This document shows positions 27,898-39,805 of a DNA stretch of 64,000 nucleotides, piece after piece (position 1 is the stretch's first letter; every line of letters starts with the position of its first letter). The position numbers and the translations under genes were made by a program. Source of the stretch: Shigella phage ESh17; sequence record ON528727. One strand, given 5' to 3'. The notes under the pieces were generated by a model, which made no database searches, was not told where the DNA came from, and saw only the letters and a list, made by a program, of their open reading frames with translations.

Positions 27898-29477
27898 TCT
27901 TTTACCTTAATTATGTAGTTTAAAGAAATGTTCCATGGACGTGTTTCATTTCCAATTAATTCAGGACGATTTAATGTATATTTGGAATTTCGTTGTGATG
28001 CCGGGTCAATTTCATATCCGTCATTGGTGAAGTATGAACGGTTATCCCAGTCAAGTCCTTTACGTGTACCAACAAAATTTGATCTACGGGTATTACCGAA
28101 TGCTCCAGAATCATCATGCTCACCAAATCCGCCAGCATGTTTATGATAAGACATCTGTTGTTTCTGTACTTCACCAACATATCCACCAGTACAACCTACA
28201 CCTAATCTAGGCTTACCAAACTGGTCATTACCATTAACATTTGGATTTGTTAAGTGAGAGCCACGACCAGAGCCGCGAACAAAAAGACCGCGCATATCAG
28301 GTAATCCAGGATTTGATGAACTTCCGCCATATCTTGTTCCAATTCTAGAAGCATATAATGGACAATCTGATGCTGAAACAGTTCCGCCATGGCAAAAACG
28401 CCAAGCATCACTAGGAAGACTATCAGCGGCCCACATCATAATAGCTCCGACAGGAATGGTTCTATCAATTTCATTTTGTGTTACGACACGCTTACCTTGA
28501 ATATAACCACCGGTCATGTTAACTGTTCCGGTAATATTTGCTCCACCTGAAGCTATCGTGAGCGTATTATTAATGCGAAGTGTTCCATTAATCGTTTGAC
28601 CACCTCTTTGGTGGATAACATCAGCATTCCAAGCTAGTGCTGATGAAGCATCACCTCCACTCTGTGAGCCGGCAGTTGTAGTTAATTTAACTACGCCTCT
28701 CATTGACGTTGTAGAACCACGACCATTAAGAGTTGCGCCAGTAACCGCAACAGAAGCATTATTAGAGTTAACTTCTGATTGTGTTCCTAATTTAATTACG
28801 CCTTTATATTCTTCAGTAGCAGATGAATTCATAAACGTATAAGGAGAAATTGCATAGCCTTCTCTTAAAGTTCCCTGACGAACCTGCGCTACTGTTGCTA
28901 ATTGAACAACACCTTGGTCCGATTCAGTAGCTGTGGTTTCAGAAGGAGCAATTTGCGCAATTAATTTAATAGCTAACTGCTGTGTTTTTAATGGAGTCAT
29001 TGCAGTAGTATCATCTGCACCAGCTAATGCTTGCGGTAGAGATGAAATTTTAATAACACCATTCGAGGATTCAGTTGAAACTCGTGTTTCAAACGCATTA
29101 TTAAGAGCAACAGTAAATTTAGCTGGAGTTATAGAAGATTCATTATTAACTCCGGCAATGGCTTCATCATTGGTTGAATATCTTGTTAATCCGTAAACAG
29201 TTTCAGTTGCGTTTGGATATGATAATCTTGTTGCCAACGTTGCTGGTGTAACTGCTTTGGTATTATTAGTTCCATCTATAACTTCCTGTTCAGTGGCAAG
29301 AAATAAAATTCCCTTTGTTGTTGACGATGCATCAGGAACTCCATTTACGCCAGCAGGAGAAATGGCTGCTATAGCAGCCTGAACATCAGTAATCTCTGGT
29401 GGAAAATTCGTATCGGTAGGATCAAATTTTACATAACGAGATTCATTAGAAACGTGTTGATATGTATTATTACTCAT
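27894..29477 (-). CDS. 12: Short tail fibre protein gp12
   Basis: 527 aa, T4 gp12 size. Confidence 0.9.
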   Translation of the reverse strand: MSNNTYQHVSNESRYVKFDPTDTNFPPEITDVQAAIAAISPAGVNGVPDASSTTKGILFLATEQEVIDGTNNTKAVTPATLATRLSYPNATETVYGLTRYSTNDEAIAGVNNESSITPAKFTVALNNAFETRVSTESSNGVIKISSLPQALAGADDTTAMTPLKTQQLAIKLIAQIAPSETTATESDQGVVQLATVAQVRQGTLREGYAISPYTFMNSSATEEYKGVIKLGTQSEVNSNNASVAVTGATLNGRGSTTSMRGVVKLTTTAGSQSGGDASSALAWNADVIHQRGGQTINGTLRINNTLTIASGGANITGTVNMTGGYIQGKRVVTQNEIDRTIPVGAIMMWAADSLPSDAWRFCHGGTVSASDCPLYASRIGTRYGGSSSNPGLPDMRGLFVRGSGRGSHLTNPNVNGNDQFGKPRLGVGCTGGYVGEVQKQQMSYHKHAGGFGEHDDSGAFGNTRRSNFVGTRKGLDWDNRSYFTNDGYEIDPASQRNSKYTLNRPELIGNETRPWNISLNYIIKVKE

Positions 29478-30133
29478 GCTGTTCTCTCAAAATGATAAAA
29501 TACTGTAGGAGTCTGCTGATTATCTAAAGTTACAGTTTGTGCGCCTAATAAATTCCATGTACCATAGCCAGGTTTAGACTCAGAAATAATTTCCTGCGAA
29601 ATAGTTATTCCATATGTAGAATATGTGCTTAATACATGTTTTTGATTATCTAAATAAGTAACTTCTAATTTACTACCATCTGTTGGATGGTCTTTATATG
29701 AGTTGATAGCAGTAAATGACGCAATAGCTTCTTGAAGGGCAACACGAACTTTTGCAACAAACTCAATTGCCGTCATTCCAGTTGTTGCTGAAACTGGAAG
29801 ACCAAATACTAATACCGTAACAGGAGAACCCGGAGGAAGAGAATCGTCTGTTACAGTTCCAGAAAATGCCCAATAATCAGTTTGAGAAACACCCTCAGGA
29901 GAAACACCAGTTTTATTAGTAATAATTGTACCAACGTCTTTTATAGAAAAATTATGAACGTCATTAATAGCTGATTCTACGTTTGGTTCATAAAATCCTT
30001 TTGCTAATTGAGAAATTGTCACTGACCCAACTGATTGACGATTCATTACATCTATATTACCAGCTTTAGGTCTAAAACCAAGAAAATCGGCTAAGCGGGA
30101 AATAACTCCCGCTTTATTATTAAGTAAACTCAT
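29474..30133 (-). CDS. 11: Baseplate wedge protein gp11 (short tail fibre attachment)
   Basis: ORF track 225 aa; ATG at 30131-30133 gives 219 aa (T4 gp11 size), overlapping gene 10 stop. Confidence 0.8.
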   Translation of the reverse strand: MSLLNNKAGVISRLADFLGFRPKAGNIDVMNRQSVGSVTISQLAKGFYEPNVESAINDVHNFSIKDVGTIITNKTGVSPEGVSQTDYWAFSGTVTDDSLPPGSPVTVLVFGLPVSATTGMTAIEFVAKVRVALQEAIASFTAINSYKDHPTDGSKLEVTYLDNQKHVLSTYSTYGITISQEIISESKPGYGTWNLLGAQTVTLDNQQTPTVFYHFERTA

Positions 30134-31941
30134 TATGCAATCCTTATCCAACGATAAACTGTAATATATGGTTGAATGTTAGTTATTGATGTTGGCGGAG
30201 TGTGAGTAGAGTTAGTAGATGCTTTAGCTTCACGGTATTTAGTGTAAATTGGACCGGATTCATCTGGATCGTATTGACACCCACCAACAATGACTGATCC
30301 ATTTTCATCAACTATTAGAACTTCTTCATCTGTTTCAGTTGCAGGAAGATTAGCATTTTCCAATGTAACAGAAGTAGAACCACCTGTTCCACCTGCAGTA
30401 TGCGAAGGATTTCCGCCAGAATCTAAATCGTTGTTATTTAGAGCAAAATTCGGATCCGAAATATCTTCATTCCATCCAACTAAAACTTTTCCTTGCCCAA
30501 ATAATTTCCATGAGCCGAATCCCATATATGTAACAGGGTTGTTTGGATTAACAGCGTTTTCATATATAGTTCCAATAGGATAAATCGTATCAAAGATATT
30601 TGAAACAGCATTAAATTCGCGTTGATAAGATTGAACTGCTTCTACATTTGGCCAACCAATTTTATCAAAGTCTGTTAAATTTACATCACCGGAAATATCT
30701 ACTCCTGGTCCTTGCGATACATAGAGATTATCAGTTTCATCAATAATCTCATCTTTCGTTAATAATGTACCCAAATCATTATTAAACCAGGTGATATTGA
30801 TAATGTCACCATGCTCAAATACTCTATCGAAATGTAAAATTTCCGGTATGCCGTTTTCATCAGTTTCAACTGAATAATCGGTATGAGATTGTTCCCAAGT
30901 TCCACCTAAAACAGAGCATTCTACTTCATCGTCTGAATCGGCACCAACACAATGAAATAATGGCATTCCAACTGTGCCAGCCAATTCCTGCAAAATCCCG
31001 TTAAAACGAACCTCAAGAGAGTTAGGATTAATAGGTTCTCCTGGAATTAATCCAAAAGCAGAAAATGGAATTGATTTCATTGTTGATAAATCAGTAACGT
31101 AAATGCTTCCTTCTAAAGAAGTTTTTGACGTTAATTTTGAATCTAACACTCTAATTTGACGTCTTGTATATGAACTTCTCCACTGTGATACGCCATCCAT
31201 AAATGTTTCAATTTGAACAGTATCACCAATATTACAAGGCTGTCTTAATCGAATATTAAATCCATCAAGAGGAACTAATTCACCTTCGTTTTCGCCCGGA
31301 GAGCCAAAATCGCTGTTTTCACTAAATACATCGCCGTAATACAATTCGTTACCACGATGTTTTACTCTGATGTTATTTACATTATAACTAGTTCCACGGA
31401 AAACATCTAAAAAGTCTGTTTGTCCTTGGACTTCGACTAAAAATTCTTTACGAGCTACATTACTAATGTCTGAACTGGTAATTTTGTCAATTTGTTTATT
31501 TTTGACATATTCCCAACGTCCTGGAGCACAATACACTAGTTCTAAATCGCTGAATTGAACATTAATTTCAACTGGTACTGCAGACCCTTTAATCGTATCG
31601 CCGGAAGCAGCTACTAGTGTAACTGGGTTGACGTTCCACGTAGCAAATACGTCTCTAGCTCTAATTACCTTGTTGTAATCATTAACTGTACCCTTTGGAA
31701 GATTTATAGTCACTCTTCCAGAAGATGTATTAATAGCGTATGATTTTCCCCATTCTGCTGTTAATGTTTGTCCTGATGAAGCATTATAAGTTTTCCAGGC
31801 ACCGGCTGAATATGGAACATCACCATCACCGAGTTCATAATAAAGCTCATCAAAGTTTTCATTTATTTTTATACCACCTTTACGCAGGTAGTCACCGGTA
31901 CCATCATCAACAACATTACCGATATTAATATTTTGTTTCAT
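30133..31941 (-). CDS. 10: Baseplate wedge protein gp10
   Basis: 602 aa, T4 gp10 size. Confidence 0.9.
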   Translation of the reverse strand: MKQNINIGNVVDDGTGDYLRKGGIKINENFDELYYELGDGDVPYSAGAWKTYNASSGQTLTAEWGKSYAINTSSGRVTINLPKGTVNDYNKVIRARDVFATWNVNPVTLVAASGDTIKGSAVPVEINVQFSDLELVYCAPGRWEYVKNKQIDKITSSDISNVARKEFLVEVQGQTDFLDVFRGTSYNVNNIRVKHRGNELYYGDVFSENSDFGSPGENEGELVPLDGFNIRLRQPCNIGDTVQIETFMDGVSQWRSSYTRRQIRVLDSKLTSKTSLEGSIYVTDLSTMKSIPFSAFGLIPGEPINPNSLEVRFNGILQELAGTVGMPLFHCVGADSDDEVECSVLGGTWEQSHTDYSVETDENGIPEILHFDRVFEHGDIINITWFNNDLGTLLTKDEIIDETDNLYVSQGPGVDISGDVNLTDFDKIGWPNVEAVQSYQREFNAVSNIFDTIYPIGTIYENAVNPNNPVTYMGFGSWKLFGQGKVLVGWNEDISDPNFALNNNDLDSGGNPSHTAGGTGGSTSVTLENANLPATETDEEVLIVDENGSVIVGGCQYDPDESGPIYTKYREAKASTNSTHTPPTSITNIQPYITVYRWIRIA

Positions 31942-32807
31942 TATTGAGCCACCCCGATTTTCTGCGTAGCGATAACTTTAACTGCTGCTCTCATACCGAC
32001 AGTTGAAGAACTTATAGTCGCCGTTACGTAATTTTCTTTAATACTAAATGCAATATTAGCGATTTCGTCTTCTTCGGTTTCATTCCCAACTCGCATGACA
32101 GCATATTCAGAAGAAATGACCTCTGAATTAACAGTATCCACAAGAATATTTATTTCTGCTGTTTTAATTTTTCTTCCATCTACCGATTGGCATGTAACTA
32201 GCAATTTAGCCATATTGTATTCAGTGCGATGAAATAATGGAATGTCAACTGATCCAGATGTAGAAATATTCCATGTACCTTCAGCTGGTGATTCCTTTTG
32301 TCCAAACATACTTTCAATAGAATAATTCCAAACCGATGTAGAATTATCAGATGAAATACAGCGTAAAGTTACTTTACTATATGGACTAGTTACTACTAAA
32401 TTACCTGAAACACCTTTAATTGAATCAATAGCTTGAATTGTCAAAGGATTAGTAACTGATATTGATCCATTAGAGTTAATGAATTCGACACAATCGCCGA
32501 GTTCGCCTCTTTCAATGATAACTTTAACACCTACAGTAGAGGTATCAATGTCATGCCTAGTGCCAACTTTTACTGGAGTTGCATACTCTGCAATAGAGTG
32601 TTTTTGATAATATCCAGTAGCATGGATAATTTGACCATCTGCTCCGGTGCCATTTGCTACTGCCATTTTACGTTGATCGCCAAACGCATTATAAATTGCG
32701 TTAAAATCACTATTAATTTTATTACCACCGTCGAATAAGATATCACCAGTAGAAGCGTTACCAATTTCGCCGGTATCAATCAATTTCTTTGGTTCTTGAA
32801 TGAACAT
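31941..32807 (-). CDS. 9: Baseplate wedge / long tail fibre socket gp9
   Basis: 288 aa, T4 gp9 size; late promoter and hairpin upstream. Confidence 0.9.
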   Translation of the reverse strand: MFIQEPKKLIDTGEIGNASTGDILFDGGNKINSDFNAIYNAFGDQRKMAVANGTGADGQIIHATGYYQKHSIAEYATPVKVGTRHDIDTSTVGVKVIIERGELGDCVEFINSNGSISVTNPLTIQAIDSIKGVSGNLVVTSPYSKVTLRCISSDNSTSVWNYSIESMFGQKESPAEGTWNISTSGSVDIPLFHRTEYNMAKLLVTCQSVDGRKIKTAEINILVDTVNSEVISSEYAVMRVGNETEEDEIANIAFSIKENYVTATISSSTVGMRAAVKVIATQKIGVAQ

Positions 32808-32831
32808 AGCGGTTTCCTTATGAGTTTATAG

Positions 32832-32839
32832 TATTTATA
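32832..32839 (-). promoter_or_regulatory. Late promoter (minus strand) for gene 9
   Basis: TATTTATA on plus strand 25 bp upstream of gene 9 start. Confidence 0.55.
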
Positions 32840-32847
32840 AAGAAAAA

Positions 32848-32865
32848 GGGAGCCCATGGGCTCCC
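32848..32865 (-). terminator. Palindromic hairpin between gene 8 and gene 9
   Basis: GGGAGCCCATGGGCTCCC. Confidence 0.45.
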
Positions 32866-32870
32866 TTAAT

Positions 32871-33875
32871 TTAAAATGTAAACAGAATATTGATTTCTTC
32901 TGTCTGATCCATTGCCATAATAATAGGTGGCCTATTTTCCATATAAATCATTTCGCCCGAATGCCTCATTAAATCTTCCGGATCATAATAATCCTTTTCA
33001 GCTTTAACATTTGGGTCATTTGGATGAGCTTTAGCTTCAAGAGGATTCGTGATTATTGATATTTGTCTAAATCCTTTATTTCCTGGCAATGCAGCTTCAG
33101 GAAAATAAACTGAATCTAAATATGCTTTAAAACGGATAGTATTTGCCTTAACACGGTAAATTAATCCAAAATCATCTTGCTGCCAAGTGAGATTATCTTC
33201 ATACCCCCATCTAGCCGGGTCTTCTTTTAATTCCTCAGGCCAAGGAACCACGATATATTCATTCGTGCATCTATTTATAGATACATCAGGCGGAATCTCA
33301 AAAAGATATTCCCAAACATATCCGTCGCCGGGTTCGATTGTTCCTTCCGCGTCTCCTCGACCTTCAGGAGGAGTCATTGACCTAGCAGAAGGAGTCCATT
33401 TTCCACCTAATTTGAGGCATTCATCCTTATCAGTTAAAGATGCTATTGAACACATTCCGGTATCAGGAACATCTAAACAACGATACACTAACCAACCCGC
33501 GCCTGATTCAGTAGCGTTGTAAGGAGCTGAGTTACACACTACAATATCGTTAATTCTAAATGTGTATGGATCCGGATATCTAGTATCTCCCCAATCTCTG
33601 CGAGGAATAACAGCATCAAGCATTGATGGAAGAACCTTTACTGTTCCCATCATATGCGTCCACATGTCAGTTACGCCTAATACAGAATCGGTTGGATAAG
33701 GTGGGGCAAAGCCCACCTCATTTTCATTTGATGACCACGGTTCTGATCTTCCAAATGTGATAAAGATAGTGTTTTTATCCGGACCACTTCCAATTGAATT
33801 ATAAAAATTCAACATTTTTTCTGTTCTAAATTTTGAAGTAACTATCGCACGATAGATAACACTTGAATCATTCAT
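32871..33875 (-). CDS. 8: Baseplate wedge protein gp8
   Basis: 334 aa, T4 gp8 size. Confidence 0.9.
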   Translation of the reverse strand: MNDSSVIYRAIVTSKFRTEKMLNFYNSIGSGPDKNTIFITFGRSEPWSSNENEVGFAPPYPTDSVLGVTDMWTHMMGTVKVLPSMLDAVIPRRDWGDTRYPDPYTFRINDIVVCNSAPYNATESGAGWLVYRCLDVPDTGMCSIASLTDKDECLKLGGKWTPSARSMTPPEGRGDAEGTIEPGDGYVWEYLFEIPPDVSINRCTNEYIVVPWPEELKEDPARWGYEDNLTWQQDDFGLIYRVKANTIRFKAYLDSVYFPEAALPGNKGFRQISIITNPLEAKAHPNDPNVKAEKDYYDPEDLMRHSGEMIYMENRPPIIMAMDQTEEINILFTF

Positions 33876-36800
33876 CTATTTTAACCTGTGTTGGATTTTC
33901 AGGGTCTCTTGGATTTCCTATATTGTCTTTTAGACGTTTATTAACTAAATCTCTAAATTGCGCAAATGTTGTTCCAGATGCATCAAATAAAGGACTCATT
34001 AATTTACGTCGTTCAGACGGCAATTGACCTTGAAATATTGAATTATTATTTTCAGCATTATAGTCATCAGGAAGAGGATATTTTACACCAGCCATTGGGC
34101 CAGGCTCATAAATTGCTTCGCCTGTTACCGAATCATGCTCAATTTCACCAGTTGGAGTCAATTTAGCTACTCTATCAGCATATTCAGTAGGCAATCCAGA
34201 ATCCCATTTATAGTTTTTGTATTTATTAATTATAGTCTCTGTATGTTTAAGAGTTAAACCAACATTAATAAACATTGTTAAAAGTGTAATTGCTATAAAT
34301 CCAAATCCTACTGGATGAACAAAACGAATAACGTCAGATTTCCAGCGGGAAGAAGGTAAATTGGATTTAATTTTCATTACATAATATGATCTACTTCTAT
34401 TAATATAGTCTATATTGTTTTGAAGCAAATCCTTTCCTTTGACCCCACGAATAATTTCGCCTTCAAAACTAGGGAGTCTTTCTGCTTTAACTTCTTGACC
34501 AGCAATTAATCGTCCTAAAAGATTATGAATAGTTACGGTCCATTGCAATTTACCATTAGAATAGCTTCTTTCTATATAAGTAACATTACATCTTCCTGTT
34601 GCCGTATAAATCGTTTGTCCTACTAAATCTTCAGTCAAAGAATCAGATTGAACGATTATATCATATTCAGTACCAGCCCCAGATTCAATTTCAATTTCAA
34701 CTTCTTCATTATAAAGAACTTTAAAAAGAAACTTGTATGATGCTTCAATTCCTTTAGTAGAATAAAAATCATAGCTACGTGATTCAAAGAATCTCGCAAC
34801 AGCATCGCGTTTATCAGCATTTAAATAAATGTTTCTTTTATATATCTCTGACCACAAATATTCCCATGCATGCTCTTCTCTAGGATACTGATTACGAATT
34901 AAATTTCGTAAATTATTGTATTGAGTTCCGTATCCATCAGAAAGATACTGAATATATGCTTCGCAAAATGCTTCAAAATTCGAATCCTGTAACAAATAAG
35001 AATCAGGCATCATTGTGCCAATTAATGGTCTTAAATCAGGGTCAGCTAATCCACGCTCTTCTTCTGGTGACCAAGGAGTCTCATGCTCTTGGTTTTGTAA
35101 AAATGCTTTTAAAAATACTTCAGTTGGCTTCCAAATAATTTCTACTGTATCTCTCACACGATAGTTAAAATCATAGTAAGAAATTATTTCACCGGAGGCT
35201 TTGTAGAAAAGCATTCCTGATGCGTATTTTTTAAATCCAGTGAATTTGACATTTGGCATTACTATAGTGCAATCACCATCATCCCAGTATTCATGAACTA
35301 ATCTATCTGGTGATGTTTCCGGAATATTTTCTATAACTTTGGTGTATTTTAAATCAGCATAAACTACTACAGCTCTATCAGAGTTGTTTATCCAACAACG
35401 TGTGTTAGATTTTTTAGACCAGTTAAAGAACGGTTCTGCGTAGTATTTCATTGGCTGAGGCGTAAAAGTTTCCCAATCAGATTTTTCATCCGCTATAAAT
35501 GCCATCATATGATAATGCTTATCAGCTAACCATTCACGAGGAAATTCATATTTGACAGCACCAATTAACTGATATTTTGCTGCAGTTTCAGGGTCATTAA
35601 CAACATTATCACTTAAAAATTTAAAATTGCTCGAAGACAGAGAAACTAATTTACCGTCAGTTGACATATTCGCATATCCGGGTTGAATACGTCTTCTTTC
35701 TTCTTCGGTATTACCGAAAACTCTTTTCCATGTTTTTTCATCATGATTTAAAACATATATTCCTTTATCAGCAGAATCAATTATTTTTGATGTTCTCGGA
35801 TTGGCATTTAATGTTTCAACTTCTCCAATAATAAGAGCAAAAACTTTATCACCGATAGAATCCATTTTATAGCATACTGCTTTAGGATTTCCAGTTATAG
35901 TCATTGTATCAGGTTCAAAAAGTCTTTCCGAATATGTTGGAGATAATGGATCAGAATCTATAGGTGCATTACTCGTTTTTATGTATCTAACTTTGTCTCT
36001 GGCGACAACGTAAATGTAATCATCGGTGCAAGTAATAGCTTCTGCAATGCGGTATACATTCGCTGGTAAAGTCGCATAAGTGGCAAAAATTTCTACATCA
36101 AATCCTAGATGCAATTGGTCACCAAGTTTAGCGAATGTTATATCCTGTGAACTAAATCTGACATCATCAGCTGACCATCTAACATCAGTAGATTTGCGGC
36201 CATAGAAAATCTTGTCGTATCCTAGAACGTATGTTGTGTTCGCAGATTGGTAATATACTGTCTTAGATAAAGGATATCCTACACGGTCATTGAAGAGCTT
36301 TACAGCTTTCCAAGTTTGTCCTTTATCATTGGATACTTTAACTACGGGTTGATAGCGCTCAAAAAGATATAGAATCCCTTCTGATTCCATCAAATAAACT
36401 CGGTTAATATCCTTACATACTTGCTGAATAGAACCTTGTATTTCATGATACTCATTTTCACCAATAATAAAATTACTTATTGATGAAACATCAACATATG
36501 ATGGGCTGAATTGGAACGATTCATTCATCAATGCAGCCATTATAGTGTCATTATTAAAATTAACATAATCAGAATTATTAAGAGTAAATTTTTCCTGAAT
36601 GAATTTATTGGCTAATTGCATTTCAATCATGTTTTGAAATGTATAAGCATTTGTAGCAAAAGTTTCAAACTCTTCGGTATAAATCCAATCAGACTGCTCA
36701 AAATCTTGCGCCGCCGTAGCTACTCTAATAATGTATGTTGTTAATGGATCAGCATCATCAAAAAAGAAACTATTATTTGATGTATATCCTAAATTAATCC

Positions 36801-36966
36801 AACGATATTGATTACTCGGGAGTTTTTCCCCCGAGTTTGTTTTTGTCTCAGCGATTTCTACAAAATAGTAGAAATTAGCACCAACGTCATCCCAGCGTAC
36901 TTGCACCTGATTTGCGGATAACTTGGAAATTCTGAGACTAGTGACTGAAGGTGCTTTTACTGTCAT
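33868..36966 (-). CDS. 7: Baseplate wedge initiator gp7
   Basis: 1032 aa, T4 gp7 size. Confidence 0.9.
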   Translation of the reverse strand: MTVKAPSVTSLRISKLSANQVQVRWDDVGANFYYFVEIAETKTNSGEKLPSNQYRWINLGYTSNNSFFFDDADPLTTYIIRVATAAQDFEQSDWIYTEEFETFATNAYTFQNMIEMQLANKFIQEKFTLNNSDYVNFNNDTIMAALMNESFQFSPSYVDVSSISNFIIGENEYHEIQGSIQQVCKDINRVYLMESEGILYLFERYQPVVKVSNDKGQTWKAVKLFNDRVGYPLSKTVYYQSANTTYVLGYDKIFYGRKSTDVRWSADDVRFSSQDITFAKLGDQLHLGFDVEIFATYATLPANVYRIAEAITCTDDYIYVVARDKVRYIKTSNAPIDSDPLSPTYSERLFEPDTMTITGNPKAVCYKMDSIGDKVFALIIGEVETLNANPRTSKIIDSADKGIYVLNHDEKTWKRVFGNTEEERRRIQPGYANMSTDGKLVSLSSSNFKFLSDNVVNDPETAAKYQLIGAVKYEFPREWLADKHYHMMAFIADEKSDWETFTPQPMKYYAEPFFNWSKKSNTRCWINNSDRAVVVYADLKYTKVIENIPETSPDRLVHEYWDDGDCTIVMPNVKFTGFKKYASGMLFYKASGEIISYYDFNYRVRDTVEIIWKPTEVFLKAFLQNQEHETPWSPEEERGLADPDLRPLIGTMMPDSYLLQDSNFEAFCEAYIQYLSDGYGTQYNNLRNLIRNQYPREEHAWEYLWSEIYKRNIYLNADKRDAVARFFESRSYDFYSTKGIEASYKFLFKVLYNEEVEIEIESGAGTEYDIIVQSDSLTEDLVGQTIYTATGRCNVTYIERSYSNGKLQWTVTIHNLLGRLIAGQEVKAERLPSFEGEIIRGVKGKDLLQNNIDYINRSRSYYVMKIKSNLPSSRWKSDVIRFVHPVGFGFIAITLLTMFINVGLTLKHTETIINKYKNYKWDSGLPTEYADRVAKLTPTGEIEHDSVTGEAIYEPGPMAGVKYPLPDDYNAENNNSIFQGQLPSERRKLMSPLFDASGTTFAQFRDLVNKRLKDNIGNPRDPENPTQVKIDE

Positions 36967-38945
36967 TGTGATATAGGCTCCAAATCGATAGTTAAGTATT
37001 GTGGACGTAAGTCATTTTCAAATACAATCAGTGAACCATCGCGAGTAAAGATAACATCATCGGTTGGGTCAGAATATAATTCAATAGTCTGAACTTCAAA
37101 TTTTTCAGATGTTAAATTAATTTTAGCGATATTCCAATAAATCATGTCAGCTGGATAATTTATTTCACCGATAACATAATATTTGTCACGTCCATCAGAA
37201 TTTGCTAATTTATTAAAATCATTGCCTGTATACGGCTGAATGTTTTCATTTTCTGTAACATCGCCAGAAGCAAATGGACCAATAATAACTTTACCAATTC
37301 CTTTAGAATCTCGGTCTGTTGATACTATACGAACGTCATATAATACATCTTCTTCTAAACCAGTATCAGGATTTACAACCTTTCGTCCAGAATTAAATGA
37401 AAACGTATTAGATTCCATAGAACGATCTTTTATTTGATTATTGTATTTAATACCCGCTTCAGGTGTTTTATAGAAGTTTTGTACTTCACGAACCATTTGA
37501 ATAGTCGCTGATGAACCAATGACAGAATGATCTGCATCATCTACATATGTCAACATCTTAGACTTGGCAAAAGACGAGTTAAAAATTTCTACATCTTCGG
37601 TATAATAGCGATCAATTTTATCAATTATTTGACCTTCAAGCCACTGCTCGGATTCTTGCAGTTTATTTAAAGCATATGTGACTTTTAAATTAGTCTTAAT
37701 AAAAAGATAATTAGGAGAAATAATTGATGGCGTAATAGGAGCTAAATTATAGTCTTTGAGATAATTTTTAATATCTTCACGTTGTACAGTAGTTAAATAC
37801 AATCCTGATTTAGGTTTAGCAGCAATAAATGCATACCCAGGTTTAGTAGAATCAGTGAAAGTCTGAACAGCTTGAATAATAGAACCAAATCTCTCTGAAA
37901 CAAATGTATCGTAGTCAGTCGCAGTTACGCATCGTTGTTGGGTTTCACGTTTAATAGTACCCAATTCGCGAATACGCTCAATATCTTCTGGATCACCGCC
38001 GCCATCTGCCCCAACAAAATCTGGGTCATCGTTTGGATTTTCATTAATATTGATGACAGTTATATTTGTTAATGTATCTGCATATGAAAATCCGACTGCG
38101 CCATTCGCATCTGCACCGTTAGTACTGATGTACTCAATAACAATCGTAGAGTTCTGGGTAGGTTTAAGACCTCCGATATAATTAGCGGTCAAAGCTCCTT
38201 CAGAAGCATTAACAGAAATTTCACCTTCACCAAAATAGAATTCAGTGTTTCCATCAATAGTTTCACGCATATAGTAAATCGTTGATGTTGAACCAGCATG
38301 AACCATTGACTTTCTCGTCCAGTTAATCCATTCCGCTCCATCAACATATAATTTAACCTGGTTTCTATCAATATTTTTATCATAAATGATAATAGGTGTT
38401 AATTTATCATAAATGATTTCAGTTCTTACTATACGTCCCTGGGCCAATTTTAAACGCGGAAAATATTGGTTATTTTTATCACGAATAGCAATAACGTCTT
38501 CGGTAGAAACGAAGTTGTATGGATTAACAGAAGTATCTTTTGCATATGCTAAAAAGCGAGTTCCGCGAGGAATTGTAATGTAATTCCTATTCAATGCGTC
38601 GGTGCATGTTAACATAATTTCGGTCTGCGCAGCGGATTTTGAAGTAGGTAAATATCCGTTATCTTGTGCAGCTTGAACAACTGAACTTCGTAAGTTAGCA
38701 GTACGCATAAAGCTTTCATACACAGCAGCATTACCAAACTGCTGAATGTATAATGTATTATAAGCTAAAAGGTCACACAGAACGTTTAATCTTGAGCCTT
38801 CAAAATCATAATCCAAAAATTCATTTTGGCCATTAAGCCATTCAATGAGGTTTTGTTTTATTTCAGCAAACGTACCCCCGACGAATATCTCGGGAATAGC
38901 ATTTGCTGTTCTTGTTAATTGATAATTTACAGGGGTATTTGCCAT
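36963..38945 (-). CDS. 6: Baseplate wedge protein gp6
   Basis: 660 aa, T4 gp6 size. Confidence 0.9.
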   Translation of the reverse strand: MANTPVNYQLTRTANAIPEIFVGGTFAEIKQNLIEWLNGQNEFLDYDFEGSRLNVLCDLLAYNTLYIQQFGNAAVYESFMRTANLRSSVVQAAQDNGYLPTSKSAAQTEIMLTCTDALNRNYITIPRGTRFLAYAKDTSVNPYNFVSTEDVIAIRDKNNQYFPRLKLAQGRIVRTEIIYDKLTPIIIYDKNIDRNQVKLYVDGAEWINWTRKSMVHAGSTSTIYYMRETIDGNTEFYFGEGEISVNASEGALTANYIGGLKPTQNSTIVIEYISTNGADANGAVGFSYADTLTNITVININENPNDDPDFVGADGGGDPEDIERIRELGTIKRETQQRCVTATDYDTFVSERFGSIIQAVQTFTDSTKPGYAFIAAKPKSGLYLTTVQREDIKNYLKDYNLAPITPSIISPNYLFIKTNLKVTYALNKLQESEQWLEGQIIDKIDRYYTEDVEIFNSSFAKSKMLTYVDDADHSVIGSSATIQMVREVQNFYKTPEAGIKYNNQIKDRSMESNTFSFNSGRKVVNPDTGLEEDVLYDVRIVSTDRDSKGIGKVIIGPFASGDVTENENIQPYTGNDFNKLANSDGRDKYYVIGEINYPADMIYWNIAKINLTSEKFEVQTIELYSDPTDDVIFTRDGSLIVFENDLRPQYLTIDLEPISQ

Positions 38946-38953
38946 TTTAAATC

Positions 38954-39247
38954 CTATTTAATGAATACTTTAGATGATGCCTGAGCCACAGTATCACCGC
39001 ATGATATTGGATCAGCCATTTGAACAGCTTTCTTTCCCGTGACATATACCTTAGATGTTCTAGGTTGTGTCACTCCGCCATGTGTTTCATATGGCTTTTT
39101 AATTTCTGTATGTTCTGTAATTGGATCGCCTGCTACTAGAACAGCAATTCCTCCAGTGAATACTTTACTTTGTGTAGCATTCACAACTGTTGGAGGCCAC
39201 GCTTCATGGCCAGCAGTAACACACTTATCATAACTTAATCCTGACAT
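38954..39247 (-). CDS. 5.4: PAAR-repeat spike tip protein gp5.4
   Basis: 97 aa, T4 gp5.4 size, immediately downstream of 5/5.1. Confidence 0.8.
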
Positions 39248-39805
39248 TTATGGCCTCTCATACACATAGCTTCTCAATTTATTAGCCCAACGACTCCAAT
39301 TTCCAACTATAGTTTTAGTATAATTTTTAACGAGAGTTTTTCTTACTGGAGCAGGAGGATCCGTCGGTTCAGTAGTATCAGAAGATGACCTAGAATTACT
39401 GCCAGAACCTCCAGATTCACTTTGTTCTTGGTAGTCATATATTAATGTTACTTCGTAAGTGAATGTCTTCTGGAGATTTTGAGGAGCTTTCCACAAATAC
39501 AACTGAGTATCAGAATCAGTAGGAAGTTCTTCCCATGAAGCAGCAGTTTTAAATTCATCGCCTAAACGATATTTCAACGCGTCATCTCCAAATCCAAACA
39601 CAGATTCATATGTTCCATATAAGCGATTTTCTTCTACTAAAACCCCAGGAGTTTCTTCGTAACTAGTTATATTTATAGATACTAACGTTTCACCTGTTTC
39701 TAATTGAGCGGTAAAGGTGACGTCGATAGAAGAACCTTCCATGGATTCTCCTAAATCAGCGCTCATTGGAAGTATATTAGCCAATGTCAATCCTCGATCC
39801 ATCAA
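39248..39805 (-). CDS. Hypothetical protein (5.1 position)
   Basis: 185 aa ORF overlapping 3' end of gene 5. Confidence 0.7.
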